NCBI RefSeq assembly: GCF_963921235.1
Contig: NC_086107.1
Location: 109,680,001 to 109,744,000 of the forward strand
DNA: 64,000 nt
Reading direction: 5' to 3'
Source: Mobula hypostoma
Taxonomy: Eukaryota
Shown here: in pieces, positions 27,091 to 40,514 of the stretch
How positions within the stretch are numbered: the stretch's first letter is position 1
Layout: each line of letters starts with the position of its first letter
Program-made: the position numbers and the translations under genes
The notes under the pieces: model-generated
Told to the model about the DNA's origin: nothing
Seen by the model: the letters and a program-made list of their open reading frames with translations, nothing else
The model's database searches: none

Positions 27091-28204
27091 ATCAGCGTGG
27101 CAAGAGTGCACTGGGGCAGTCACTGCTAGCAAACGTGTCAACAAAGATTTTAGACTTGATTAGATTAGATTATGAGGACATGTAGTCCTCCTTTATTGTC
27201 ATTTAGTAATGCATGCATTAAGAAATGATACAATTTGTTCCTCCAGAATGATATCACAGAAACACAAGACAAACCAAGACTAAAAAAACTGACAAAAACC
27301 ACATAATTATAACATATAGTTACAACAGTGCAAAGCAATACGGTAATTTGATAAAGAACAGACCATTCGGCAATTTATAAATTAAGGCAGAGTCCAAGCA
27401 GTGTGATGTTACAGAGCTAGGAACTGTTCTGAAGCAGATTTATGGTTCAAACCTCATCTGAGTGCCAAGGCTTGAACCAATCTGCACATTAAAAAGGATT
27501 TTGATTGATAGAGAATGAAGATTGTGAGTAAAGATTACTGATTCACAAAATGTATGGGTTTTGCAGGCAGAACCATCATGCTCTTGAACCAGAGGGGATA
27601 ACTTCACTCAACACCACTAACCCCATCACTGAACTGTTCTCACAACCTATAGACTCACTTTTAATGACTCTTTACCTCATGTTCTCGATATTTTTTGCTT
27701 ATTTATTAATTATTACTTTCTGTATTTGTAGTTTCTTGCCTTTTGCACATTGGATGGAGGCAGCCATTCTTAGACTGTATTGTGTTTCTTGTATCTACTG
27801 TGAATACCCGCAAGGCAATGAATTTCAGGGTTGTACAGTATATGGTGACATATATGCACTTATATAATAAACTTGTTTCGAAATTTGAGCTTTGAGATTT
27901 TATGTATCCCATTCTCATCGCTCATATCTTTCTAAAAAATTTAACATTGACATAGGACGATTTTCTTCTGGAAAGCTTAAAAAACCTGTGGAGTCCATAA
28001 AACCTTAAGACATAGAAGCAGAATTAGTCCATTCGCCCCTTTGTATTTGCTCCACTGTCCCATCATGACTGATTGATTATTCCTCTCAACCCCATTCTCC
28101 TGTCTTCTCCCCATAACCTTTGATGCCTTGACTAATCAGAAACCCATCAACCTCTGATAAGACCATAAGACTTAGGAGATGAATCTCGTTGCCTGACTCT
28201 AGAC

Positions 28205-28285
28205 CAAGGGTTCCCAACCTTTTTTTATGCCGTGGACCCTTACCGTTAGCTGAGGGGTCTGTGGACCCCAGGTTTGGAACCCCTG
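28205..28285. mobile_element. hAT-Charlie-like MITE
   Basis: TIRs; TSD CTCTAGAC / CTCTGGAA. Confidence 0.75.
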
Positions 28286-28364
28286 CTCTGGAATCAGAAT
28301 TGGCTTTTTTATTACTGACTTTGTGTCTGCAGGTTTCGCAGCGATTTGCCCCAGTTTCATGATG

Positions 28365-29021
28365 CAGACATCCCACCCTGCAAAAACTCATTTCAGGGAG
28401 GTAGCACCATCAATTTGCGGGAGACTCCCGGAACTTCCGGGAGAGGTGGGATGTCTGCAATAGAGTAGCTCCTGATCAGCTAGCCAGCTAGTTTAAATAA
28501 CGTTAGCTATACTAATGAACGAATGACACCTGTTAAACTCACCTCAACATGTCTTTTCCAGTCTTAACTCACCACGAGCAATAGAAAAGTCACTGTTGCA
28601 AACAGTGCAGCGAGCAACACTGTCTTTATTTTTGACCCCTATTAGGCAGGGGTACACTTTAGGGTAGTCTGGGGTGACGTACGTTTTATATTTTCTTTTT
28701 TTGGAACACTCTGCCATGGCGCGCTCTTGCTCTCTCTCTCTCTCGTGCACTCTCACTTGCTTGCTCTCACTCTCTCTCGCACGCGCTCTCTCTCTCTCTC
28801 TCGCGCACTCTCACTTGCTTGCTCTCACTCTCTCTCGCACGCGCTCTCTCTCTCTCTCTCATGGTCGCTCTCACACTCTCTCTTGCTTTCTCTCTCTCGT
28901 TCTCCACACTCGCTCTCAAAAAAATTGATTTCCGTGATATTGTGTATAATTTGCGGGCATCAGGGAGCCACTATTAATATGCAGGAGACTCCCAGAACTT
29001 CCGGGAGAGGTGGAATGTCTG
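28365..29021 (-). mobile_element. hAT-like non-autonomous DNA transposon with BED-finger remnant
   Basis: TIR CAGACATCCCACC / GGTGGAATGTCTG; TSD ATGATG; KKRKYK..YP.L....ARCTVCNSDFSIARG. Confidence 0.7.
28722..28860. repeat. CT-rich tandem duplication (~58-bp unit, 2 copies)
   Basis: CTCTCACTTGCTTGCTCTCACTCTCTCTCGCACGCG occurs twice. Confidence 0.8.
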
Positions 29022-29789
29022 ATGATGAACTGAGACCAAGGCTTTGGGCCTATTCCGGGCTACTCAGGGGAATCGGATCTAAGGGCTCAATTTGGTTCGG
29101 AATGCTGCTGCTTGCTTCCATTGTTTACATGATTTGTGTTTTTTTTCTTTCTCTGCACATCGGGTGTTGGTCCTTATTGTTTCTTAATTGGGTTGTTTTG
29201 GGTTTCTCACTTTGTGGCTGCATGTAAGGAGACAAATCTCAAGGTTGTATAATTTATACATACTTTGATAATAAATGTACTTTGAGTCTTTGACTATGAC
29301 ATGAAATTTGTTATTTTGTAGCAGCAGAACAATATTGATAAAATTACTATGAGCTACAAAAGGGTTCTTCTCTACTAAGATTCTATGAGCCGTGAGACCC
29401 AGTGTTTCCACTGCAGAAACAACTTTAATTTTAGTGGCTAAGGAGCTTTTGACTAAGTTCGACATGAACCCACATGAGGAAATATCAGACGAGGTGACGG
29501 AGCTCGCTCCTACAAGTTATGTTAGGGAAGAAAGTGGAGCAGATGTTTAGGTACTCAGCAGATGGAGGCACAGCTGGCAATGGCGGTGTGAAAAATATTA
29601 TGCAATATAACAATTGAACTGATCAGACAGACAAGGCCCTCTCTTCTTCCCCCGTGCCATCAGATTTCTAAATGGTCCATGAACTCAAGAGACTACCTTT
29701 TTCCTTTTTTTAAAATTTTGCAACTTATGGTAATCTTTATGTCCTATGCTGGAGTAAAACAACAATTTTCAGACCCATATGATCCTCTC

Positions 29790-30262
29790 AGCGGTTCTCA
29801 CAGTCCTTTGTAGGGGCACTGGACTGTGAGAACAGCTAAGAGGATCATAGGGGTCTCCCTACCATTCATTAGGGACATTTATCAGGAGCGCTGCGCACGC
29901 AGGGCCCTTAGTATTATCAAGGATCCCACCCATCCATCCAGCATCCTCGTTGACTTCCTACCATCAGGCAGGAGACTCCCATGCATAAAGACAAGAACAG
30001 TGAGGATGAGAAACAGTTTCTTCCCCCAGTCTTCTGAACTCCCTGCCTCATTGTATTCGAAGTGTCGCTGGTTAATCTGTGCACTTTAGTTTGTTATTTA
30101 TATGTGATCCATCTGTAGATTTTATCCTTACCTTCATAAATTATTGTGTGTTATGTGCTTTACACCCTGGTTCGAAGAGACATCTAATTTCTATATACAT
30201 TATATGGTTATATATGTTATATACATGTAGTTAAATAACAATAAACTTCACTTGACTTGATA
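29790..30262 (+). mobile_element. Rex1/Babar 3' fragment
   Basis: IIKDPTHP..LPSGRRL..RMRNSFFPQ; (ACTTG)n tail. Confidence 0.8.
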
Positions 30263-30427
30263 TATCAGTGAAAATACACTTGATTCTGTAAATCAAGCTG
30301 TATCATCTCTATGTGCTTCATTTAATCTCTGTATTGTCTCCACCCATCTCTGACACTCCATTTGCTCTCTCCACCCTACTGTGCAACATAGTTTTCCTGC
30401 TTCTGATGGAAGGTCACCAACCTTAAG

Positions 30428-31350
30428 ACAGATGACACAAAGTTGGGTGGCAGTGTAAAATGTGAGGAGGATGTTATGAGAATGCAGGGTGACTCGGACA
30501 GATTGGGTGAGTGGGCAGATGCATGGCAGATGCAGTTTAATGTGGATAAATGTGAGGTTATCCAATTTGGTGGCAAGAACAGGAAGGCAGATTACTACCT
30601 GAATGGTGTCAAGTTAGGAAAAGGGGAAGTACAACAAGTTCTAGGTGTCCTTGTTCATCAGTCACTGAAAGTAAGCATGCAGATACAGCAGGCAGTGAAG
30701 AAAGCTAATGGCATGCTGGCCTTCATAACAAGGGGAGTTGAGTATAGGAGCAAAGAGGTCCTTCTGCAGTTTGTACAGGGCCCTGGTGAGACCACACCTG
30801 GAGTATTGTGTACCGTTTTGGTCTCCAAATTTGAGGAAGGACATTCTAGCTATTGAGGGAGTGCAGCGTAGGTTCACGAGGTTAATTCCCGGGATGGCGG
30901 GACTGTCATATGTTGAAAGATTGGAGTGACTGTGGTTGTATATACTGGAATTTAGAAGGATGTGAGGGGATCTGATTGAAACATGTAAGATTATTAAGGG
31001 ATTGGACACGCTAGAGGCAGGAAACATGTTCCAGATGTTGGGGGAGTCCAGAACCAGAGGCCACAGTTTAAGAATAAGGGGTAGACGATTTAGAATGGAG
31101 TTAAGGAAAAACTTTTTCACACAGAGGGTTGTGGTTCTGTGGAATGCTCTGCCTCAGAAGGCAGTGGAGGTCAATTCTCTGGATTCTTTCAAGAAAGAGT
31201 TAGATAGAGCTCTTAAAGATAACGGAGTGAAGGGATATGGGGAGAAGGCAGGAAAAGGGTACTGATTGTGGATGATCAGCCATGATCACAGTGAATGGTG
31301 GTGCTGGATCGAAGGGCTGAATGGCCTACTCCTGTACCTATTGTCTATTA
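30428..31350 (+). mobile_element. CR1 3' fragment
   Basis: WQMQFNVDKCEV, LVRPHLEYCV, TRGHSLRI. Confidence 0.9.
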
Positions 31351-31394
31351 AGGTTTTTCTCTCCACAGATGCTGTCTGATCTGCTGAGTATTTC

Positions 31395-32860
31395 AAAGTT
31401 CAAAATAACTTTTATTATCAAAATACATATATGTCATTTTCTCATTGACATACTAAATCTATAGAATAATAAGCAGAACAGAATCAATGAAAGACCGTTC
31501 AACTGGAGCGTTTAATCACAGTGCAGAAGACAACAAAATGTGCAAATACAAAAAGAAAGAAATAATAATAAAAATTAAATAAGCAATAAATATCGAGAAC
31601 GTAAGACGAGGAGTCCTTGAAAGTGAGTCCATTGGTTGTAAGAACATTTCAACGATGGGGCAAGAGAAGTTGAGTGAAGTTATCCCCCGATGGTTGAGGG
31701 GTAATAACTGTTCCTGAACCTTCTGGTGTGAGCCCTGAGGCTCTTGAACTTCCTTCCTGATGGTGGCAGTGAGAAGGGAGCTGGCCCTGGGCGATGCGGG
31801 TCCCTGATGATGGATCCTGCCTTCCTGCGACAGCGTTTCATGTAGATGTACTGAATGGTTGGGAGGGTTTTACCCGTGATGTACTGAGCCAAATCCACTT
31901 CCTTTTGTAAGTTTTTCCATTCAAGGTGTTTCGATACCAGGCTGTGATGCAGCCAGTCAATATACTCTCCACCACACATCTATAGAGGTTTGTCAAAGTT
32001 TTAAATGTCATTCCGAATTGTCGCAGACTCCTCAGGAAGTAGTGATGCTACTGTGCTTTCTTCGTAATTGCACTTACATGCTGGGCCCAGACTGGTCGTC
32101 CGAAATAGTAACGCCTAGGAATTTAAAGTTGCCTACCCTCTCCACCTCCGATCCTCTCTGATGAGGTCTGACTTATGGACCTCTGGTTTCCATCTCCTGA
32201 AATCTATAATCAGCTCCTTGATCTTGCTGACATTGAGTGAGAGGTTGTCGTTATGAAACTACTCAGCCAGGTTTTCAATCTCCCTCCTATATGCTGATTC
32301 GTCCCCACCTTTGATTTGGCCTCTGGCAATGGCGTCACCAGCAAACTTGAAAATGGCAGAGAGGCTGTGCTTAGCTCCACAGCCAGGAGTATAAAACGAG
32401 TAGAGCAGGGGTGGCGAAGCACACAGCCTTGTGGTGCACCTGTGCTGATGGAGATCGTGGAGGAGATGTGGTTGTCAATCTGAACTGACTGGGGTCTGCA
32501 GGTGAGGAAATCCAGGATCCAATTGCACAAGGAGGTATTGAGGTCGAGGTCTTGGAGCTTGTTGATTAATATTGAGGGGAGGATGATGGTGTTAAATGCT
32601 GAGCTGCAATCAACAAAGACCATCCTGATGCATGCACCATTGCCGTCCAGATGTTCCAGGGTTGAGTGAAGCGCGAATGAGATAGCATCTGCTGTGGACC
32701 TGTGCTCTAGTAGGCAAATTGGAGCCTCTCAGGCGGGAATTGATCAGTTTCGTCACTGAAAACTCAGAACACTTCATCACTGTGGATATAAGTGCAATTG
32801 GTCGACAGTCATTGAGGCAGGTCACCAAGCTCTTATCGGGCACCAGTATAACTGAAGCCT
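31395..32860 (-). mobile_element. decayed Rex1/Babar LINE
   Basis: [31 protein letters not shown]. Confidence 0.85.
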
Positions 32861-34619
32861 ATTTCTATTTCTCTTACAAATGTAGTCCTTTCCAGCATAG
32901 AACACTGCAGCACAGAAACAGGTTCTTCAGCCCATCTAGTCTGTGCTGAACTACTAATCTGCCTGCTCCCATCAACCTGCACCTGGATTATAACCCTTCA
33001 TATCCCTCCCATCCGTGTAATTATCCCAATTTCTCTTCAATGTGGAAACTGGACCCGCATCTACCACTTCCAAAGGCAGCTCATTCCACACACTCACCAC
33101 CCCTGTGAGTGAAGAAGATCCCCCCCATATTCCCTTTAAACCTTTCACCTTTCACCCTTGACCCATGACCTCTAGTTCTAGGTCTCCTCCAACCTCAGTG
33201 GAAAACACCTGCCTGTATTTACCCTATCTACACCCCTCATGATTTTGATGTATTTAGTAGCACTAATTATTTCCCAGAGGTGCTCAATTTCCCCACCCAC
33301 CTTGCCGGTGGCACTTGATAACGGGATCTTGTATTTCAGCCTTGAGTGGCAGAGTTCTCCAGCAACAAGGTAAACACCAGAGGAACTTAGCACCTCAGGA
33401 AGCATCTACGGAGGGAAACGGTCAACATTTGGCCCAAAAAACATCAATTGTTCATTCCATAGCCGCTGCCTGATTTGCTGAGATCCTCACATATTTTGTG
33501 GTTGTTGTTCAAAATTTCTAGCATTTGCAGAGTCTCTTGCATTTATGATTTTCTTGTGGATCTCAGCAGGTCAGACTGGATCTGTGGGTTTCATAAGCTG
33601 GTCTGTCCATTTTCCTCCACGGATGCTGCCTGACCCACAAAGTACAAAATGTACAAAGTAAATTTATTCTCAAAGTACATGTATGTCACCATATACAACC
33701 CTGAGATTCACTTTCTTGCGGGCATTCACAGTAAATACAAGAATCGCAACAGAATCAATGAAAGTCCAACAGGACAGATGTTAACTAATGTGCAAAAGAC
33801 AACAAACTGTGCAACTACAAAAGGAAAGAAATAAAATAATAATAGTAAATAAGAAATAAATATCGAGAACATGGGATGATGAGTCCTTGAAAGTAAGTCC
33901 ATCGGTTGTGGTTCCTCCAACATTATTTTTGTTCCAGATTCAAGTGCCTGCAGTCTCTTGTGTCTCTCCAACAAAGTTCTGAGCCAGACCTTCAGCCCCA
34001 ATATACCAGGACGATTTGTAAACAAAGCATTATTACAAAGAGTCTCATATAGTAAATAGCACACAGTAATTAAAACATGATAAGAAAATACTTCACCCAA
34101 AAATAATTACATGTTCCATACAGTCCTTGAATAGTAAGAGCGTCAAAAATAGAAGGCTGGAGAATGGGGTCAAGAGGGAAAATAAATCAGCCATGATTGA
34201 GTTGTGGAACAGACCTAATTCTTTTCCAATGTCGTATGGTCTAATTACAGGTTTCTGGTCTTTCTTTCTTCACTCTTTCAAACTGCTTGGGATGATGTAC
34301 TGCGTTATGCTGTAGCTCTGTAACAAATACTGTTGTGTATCTCACATCTTTAACACTGGTTATAAAAAAATTAAACTGGTTCAAATTAGGCTGTGCCTGC
34401 GAAGCCGGCCTCCGTGTCCAAAAGTGAGAATTTGACCATATTGACTCAGGTCCGGTGCTTGTTGTGAATTAAAAGCCTTCCCCAACTAAAAATGTTGAAT
34501 TTGGTGAGAAACTTGTGTTCATCAATGAAACACAGAGATTTTAAAAACCATATCAAATTTTTCAGTGATTTAAAGTAGCTTATAGGTAAAATACTGTGAA
34601 CACTTACTAAATTTAAAAT

Positions 34620-34785
34620 TAACACACACAAAATGCTGGTGGAACGCAGGTCAGGCAGCACCTATGGAAATGAATAAACAGCCGACGTTTAGGGCCGAGA
34701 CCCTTCATCAGGAAACCTGCTGAGTTCCTCTCGCATCTTGTGTGTGTTGCTTTGGATTTCCAGCATCTGCAGCCTTTTTCGTGTT
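34620..34785. mobile_element. fold-back PLE repeat
   Basis: Inverted arms around a partial ribozyme core at ~34680-34712. Confidence 0.65.
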
Positions 34786-35039
34786 TATAAATTTAAGGAT
34801 TTGTTTTACTATAAAGTGCGTTCATTTGCATTAATGGCGTATTTCTCCAGTACATTAATTCTTTATTACTGATGACATGGAATTCAAATTATATTGATTT
34901 GATTTTACTTCTGTACGAAAAATGTTCGCAGAAACGTTAACTAAAACCCAACCATAGCATTTTCAAGCGTAATTTTTCAAATGCTTCCCATAAGAGGGGT
35001 AACGGTGTAGCAAAACACTGGCATTCCCCTTTAAGAAAC

Positions 35040-35463
35040 CACTCTGCGGCTTCGTGAATTTCCGTCACAATTCGGCGGTCCCGCCGCCCCTAGTCTCCTA
35101 TTCGATCATCCCCGTAACCATTCGGCAACTTCCGTGCCTCTCCATCCTCCCCTCGTCCTTCCCCGCTTCCGCTCGGCTCCCCCCTCCCAGCCGGAGCCGG
35201 TCCGGCGGCGCGCCGCGCATCCTGGGAGTTGCAGTTCTTTATCTGGCAGAGACTCCTTCGGGCGCCAGGGTGAATACGAGGGATGTGAAACTACAACGTC
35301 CGGCATGCCGGGCGATGTACGCGCTTGCGCATTGCGCGGGAGATCGGACAGTGCATTGTGGTAAGATGGTGGCTTCTCCATTGTTCAGCTGTGTGTTTGC
35401 AAGAGGAAAAAATCCCCTGAAAGCGACCAGTGGAGGAAATAAGGCTTGAATTTCACATGTAAG
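35040..35463. promoter_or_regulatory. CpG-island promoter with probable non-coding first exon on +
   Basis: Sharp GC/CpG peak. ZNF143(SBS)-like motifs at 35217-35236 (-) and 35289-35308 (+), ETS core ACTTCCG 35128-35134, NRF1-like GCGCTTGCGCA 35321-35331, YY1-like AAGATGGTGGC 35363-35373. Candidate + donors GTG|GTAAGA (35361), CAT|GTAAGG (35459), AAG|GTAATA (35464). Confidence 0.8.
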
Positions 35464-36534
35464 GTAATATTAAACTCACTTCTGTAAAAAGGAATGGGGG
35501 TAGTGCGAATCTGGCGCAATTGAATTTTGACTCTAATGGATTAAGAATCTATTAATCGCAGTGGGAGCAGTACAGCAGGGCATTAACGGGTATTTCTGGC
35601 CAAAGAGGGTAAAATATTGTAGTCCACAGTAATATAATGCTTATATACCACGATAATCTGTTTTCTCCCCTGTTTTCCCCCTATTCACTCCTCAATTATC
35701 AAGATCTAACTTAGTGATGGCGGGGAGGGGGGAAGAGGTGTGGAGAAACAGGCATCATCTGCCGTCCTCCACTTTCTACCGATCCCTCTCCACTACCATA
35801 AACCACCCCCCACCTTAACACAAATCAGTGCTTGGAATTATTCCACAGTCACCCTGGTGACCAGATCACGGCCCCATCCTGTTGCTGTCTGTACTTCCGT
35901 CTGTCAACTTTGGGGCAACGTTTATAATAGTTTTAATGTTTCTGGCTATATTTCTCCCAGAAAAATATCAGCATATATTGGCCCTGGGTCTGCAATATAT
36001 GATGTATAACTTGTCAAAAATCTTGAAGAATGCACGTCTTCTGTTGCACCTGTACAAGCCATACGTGAGCGGAAATATTTCTTGGAGGATTCATTTTCTG
36101 TGCAGATATAAGCTGGTATTTTACTTTAATTCGTGTATATATTTTGTGCATTTTTTCCTCATTGGTTGAAGGATGTCACTGTCTGTGGAAATGAAACATG
36201 TCTGTTTAGATAACGAAGCTTGATCAACAAGATTGTATGATTAGTAGATGCTTTGCAATGTGTCACTTTCCAAAACTTAATGTATCCTTCACTGTGTGAT
36301 AATTCTCATGTTAGTTTGGAGTGGCTTCACTAACTAATGTGGTGGTAATATTGTGCCTTGTATATATTGGAGACTGGATCAAAAAATTATACTTCATTGA
36401 AGATGATTGCAACGATTGTGGTTTTATGGTTTTTCTCTCTACTATAGTCTGTGAGTTCTGACTTTAGATGTGAAAGTAAAATAGACATCAAAAAGGACTT
36501 TAATGATAAGTAATTTAAAGTGGAGAGGGGAGGG

Positions 36535-36712
36535 TGTGCATCCAGAGACGCTCTCTGCACACCTCTGTTGTAACTTGAGTTACTGTCACCTTCCTGTCAG
36601 CTTGAACCAGTCTGGCCATTCTCCTCTGACCTCTCATTAATAAGGCATTTTCATCCACAGAGCTCCCGCTCACTGGATTTTTTTTGTATTTTGCACTATT
36701 CTCTGTAACCAC
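36535..36712 (-). mobile_element. Tc1 derivative fragment
   Basis: RGQRRMARLVQADRKVTVTQVTT. Confidence 0.75.
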
Positions 36713-37284
36713 ACATTCGACGCCACTCTGTTGCTTGTGGTTGAATTTTGACTTGTATCGAGTGCACCCAATGAGCTCTGTACCCAGTTTCTTGCTTTGT
36801 TGTCCCATCTATCATCCTGTTTTGTGGTGAGTTTATAGGGATTTTTGTTTTGGATGTGTGGGGTGAAATATATAGATTACTGCGGATTGCAGTTGTAGAT
36901 AACTGCAACAGGGTTGATCTTCCTGTCAGGAGATCCAAATTTCTCCCCCAAATACCTAACCTCTGCATCAAATAGCACAGATTCAAATATTGGAAGATAA
37001 AGCTTTCCATTTGGATTCATTGGAATTAAAGAGTGCGATAGCAGTTCTGGTATTAAATTAACAGCCCTAAAGTTTGTGAACTTGAGTCCCTCTTCAGTAC
37101 ATTGTAAAATATAAGAGAATAATTCTGCTAACACATGATAATCCCAAAGAAAAATGAAAATCCTGAAAGCTGAAGGACTGATAATATGAATTTATTAATA
37201 TTTTTGATAGTAACAGACACTGAAAGGGTAACTTTCAGTTGTTTGGAAATATTTGTACCTGCAGTGTGTTGGAGGTTTGTTAAT

Positions 37285-39110
37285 CAGAATCAGGTTAATA
37301 TCTCTGGCACATGTTGTGAAATTTGTAAACTTTGCAGCAGCAGTTCAATGCAATACATGATCATCATGGTTTTGGAGATTTATGTGCTGGACGTGAAGGC
37401 TGGTGGGTGATAGGTGAAGGGTTTCGGCCCAAAACATCAACTATACTATTTTCCATAGATGCTGCCTCACCTGTTGAGTTCCTCCAGCATTTGTGTGTGT
37501 TGCTCGAATTTCCAGCATCTGCAGATTTTCTCTTGTTTGTGACATGATCATCAATGTTCCCTCTAATTTGTACTGACCAGCATGTGCAAAAATCTTGTGC
37601 TGCGTACTTTTTTGCCCAGTGACAACATGTGTGCACTTAATAATTTCTTCAATAAAAGCAGTGTAAATAAGCCTGCAGACAAATCATTACTAACTCCATA
37701 TTGTCAACACCATCTGCATCAGAAACGGGAAAGGGAAATGTGATTGAGTACGATTGTGAAATATGCTTAATATGCCATTGAGGTAGAGGGAGATAACTTT
37801 TTGTGTGCAGTTTAAATTCTTTTGTGCACTGGTAGCAAAAGATGTGTGCGTACGCATACCTTAGAGGGAACATTGATAATGTAGGGAAAAAACTAAATTA
37901 CAGTAAATAGTTAAATTAAATAAGTAGTACAAAAACAGAAATAAAGTGAGGTAGTGTTAATGTGTTCAGTGTCCATTTAGAAATCAGATGGCAGGTGGGA
38001 GGAAGCTGTTCCTGAATCGTTGAGTGAGTGTCTTCAGGCTTCTGCACCTCCTTCCTGATGGTAACAATGAGGACAGGGCATATCCTGGGTGATGGGGGCC
38101 TTAATGATGGACGCCACCTTTTTGAGGCATCGCTCCTTGAAGATGTCCTGAATACTATGGAGGCTAGTGCCCATGATGGAGCTGACTAATTTAACATTAA
38201 TTTGAACAATTTAAAATCCCACAAATCATACTTGACACTGAGTCAATTTGCTGTTTTAAATAACTGATCGATAGGTTTTTGTTAATTGAGAGAATTTGGG
38301 TGAAGTTGTTTTATAGAATCAGATTTAATATCAGTGGCATGTGTTGTGAAATTTCACGTCACATGCCGGTGATAATAAACCTGATTCTGAAATCTGCAAA
38401 CTTTATGGCAGCAGTACTATGAAGTACATGATAAATATAGAGGAAAAACAAACCCGAGTTACATTCAGTGTGTGCGTTCGGGCTTCTGTATCTACTTCCC
38501 GATGGTAGCAAAGAGAAGAGGGCATGTCCAGGATGGTGGGGGTCCTTAATGATGGCTGTCGCCTTCCTAAGGCATTACTCCTTGAAGGTGCCTTGGATAC
38601 TACGGAGGATGACTGTGTTTCTTCAACTTATTTTGTTCTTGTGAGTAGCCGCCCACCCCCCCATCCCCCAGACAGGCAGTGATGCAGCCAGTCAGAATGC
38701 TCTCCACAGTACATTTGTAGAAGTTTTCGAGTGTTTAGTTGAGAAACCAAATCTCTTAATGAAATATAGCTGCTGTCTTGCATTGATACGTTGGGACCAG
38801 GTTGGGTCCTCCGAGATATTAACACCCAGGAACTTGAAATTGCTCACCTTGTCCACTTCTGATCACTTTATGAGGATTGGTTTGTGTTCCCTCATTTTAC
38901 CCTTCCTGAAGTCCGCAATCAGCTATTTGGTCTTGCTGACGTTGAATGCAAGGTTGTTGCTGCGACAGCACTCAACTAGCTGGTATATCTACCTCCTGTA
39001 TGCCCTCTCATCTCCATCTGATATTCTGCCAACAGATTCTCCATCTGAGATTCTATTATAAGCCAATTTATAGATGGCATTTGAGTTATGCCTAGCCACA
39101 CAGTCATAGT
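37285..39110 (-). mobile_element. two Rex1 3' fragments with nested insertions
   Basis: (AATCAG) tails at ~37285 and ~38315; PLE piece 37367-37541 with 12-bp TSD ACATGATCATCA. Confidence 0.75.
37552..37875 (-). mobile_element. hAT (Tip100-like) MITE
   Basis: Perfect 15-bp TIR CAATGTTCCCTCTAA / TTAGAGGGAACATTG. Confidence 0.8.
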
Positions 39111-39342
39111 TAGGTCAGCCATAATTTTGTTGACAGGTAAACAGCCACTCTTACTGAAACCATGTGTGATTCTTGGTGAGACCACACCTAGAATATTTTA
39201 AAGGGCTAGTTTCTGTTTCACAGGAATAGTATGCTTGCAGTAAAGGTTGATTTCTGGGTGGGAGATTGTCCTGTGAGGAGTCACAGAATAAGAAGTTTTC
39301 TCATTGAAAACGTGAAAAATTCATACAGACCTTGACAGTGTA

Positions 39343-40514
39343 CATCAGTAGCCACTTTATTAGGTACACCTGTACACCTCGTTAATGCAAATATCTATTG
39401 GTAATTATTGATATGGTATGTCAACAAATACATTCAAAAACTTCTATAGATGTAACGTGGAGAATATTCTGACAGGCTGCATTACTGTCTGGTATGGGGT
39501 GCTACTGCACAGGTCCGAAAGAAACTGCAGAGGGTTGTAAGTTACTAGCCTACAAAGTACCCTGGACATCTTCAAAGAGCGGTGTCTCAGAAAGGCTGCG
39601 TCCATTATTAAGGACCTCCAGCACCCAGGGCATGCCCTTCTCCAACTGTTACCATCAGGTAGGAGGTACAGAATCCTGAAGGCACATATTCAGCGATTCA
39701 GAAACAGCTTCTTCCCCTCTGCCATCTGATTCCGAAATGGACATTGAACCCGTGAACACTACCTCACTTTTTTAATATATATTATTTCTGTCTTTTGCAC
39801 AATTTTTAACCTATTCAATATACATATACTGTAATTGATTTATTTATTATTATTATTTTTATTTTATTTCTTTATTTTTTCACTTCTATGTTATGTTTAT
39901 ATTATATTTATATTATTATATTTTCATTGCAATCAATGAAGTGCTGCTGCTAAGTTAACAAGTTTCACAACACATGCTGGTGATAATAAACTTGATTCTG
40001 ATTCTAATCAGCCAATCATGTGGCAGCAACTCAATGCATAAAAGCATGCAGGCAAGGTCAAGAGGTTCAGTTGTTGTTTAGACCAAACATCAGAATGGTG
40101 GAGAAATGTGATCTAAGTGACTTTGACTGGAATGATTGTTGGTGTCAGACAGGGTGGTTTGAGCATCTCAGAAACTGCTGATCTCCTGGGATTTTCATGC
40201 ACAACTGGCTCTAGAGTTTACAGAGAATGGTGCAAACTATAAAAAAAAAATCCATTGAGTGACAATTCTGTTGGCGACAATGCCTTGTTGATGAGAGAGG
40301 TCAGAGGAGAATGGCCAGACTGGTTCAAGCTGACAGGAAGGCGACAGTAACTCAAATAACCACATGTTACAACAGCGGTGTGCAGAAGAGCATCTCTGAG
40401 TGCACAACACATCGAACCTTGAAGTCAATGGGCTACAGCAGCAGAGGACCACGAACGCACACTCTGGCCACTTTATTAGGTACAAGACCTACCTACTAAA
40501 GTGTCCACTGAGTG
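39343..40514 (+). mobile_element. complete non-autonomous Tc1 with Rex1 insertion (~39397-40005)
   Basis: Both termini present; encodes a decayed transposase DNA-binding domain only. Confidence 0.85.

Noticed and set aside
28674..29227. Ser/Leu-rich ORFs
   Set aside because: Translation of a CT microsatellite.
35054..35449. Overlapping ORFs in the CpG island
   Set aside because: Expected from high GC content; no recognisable protein.
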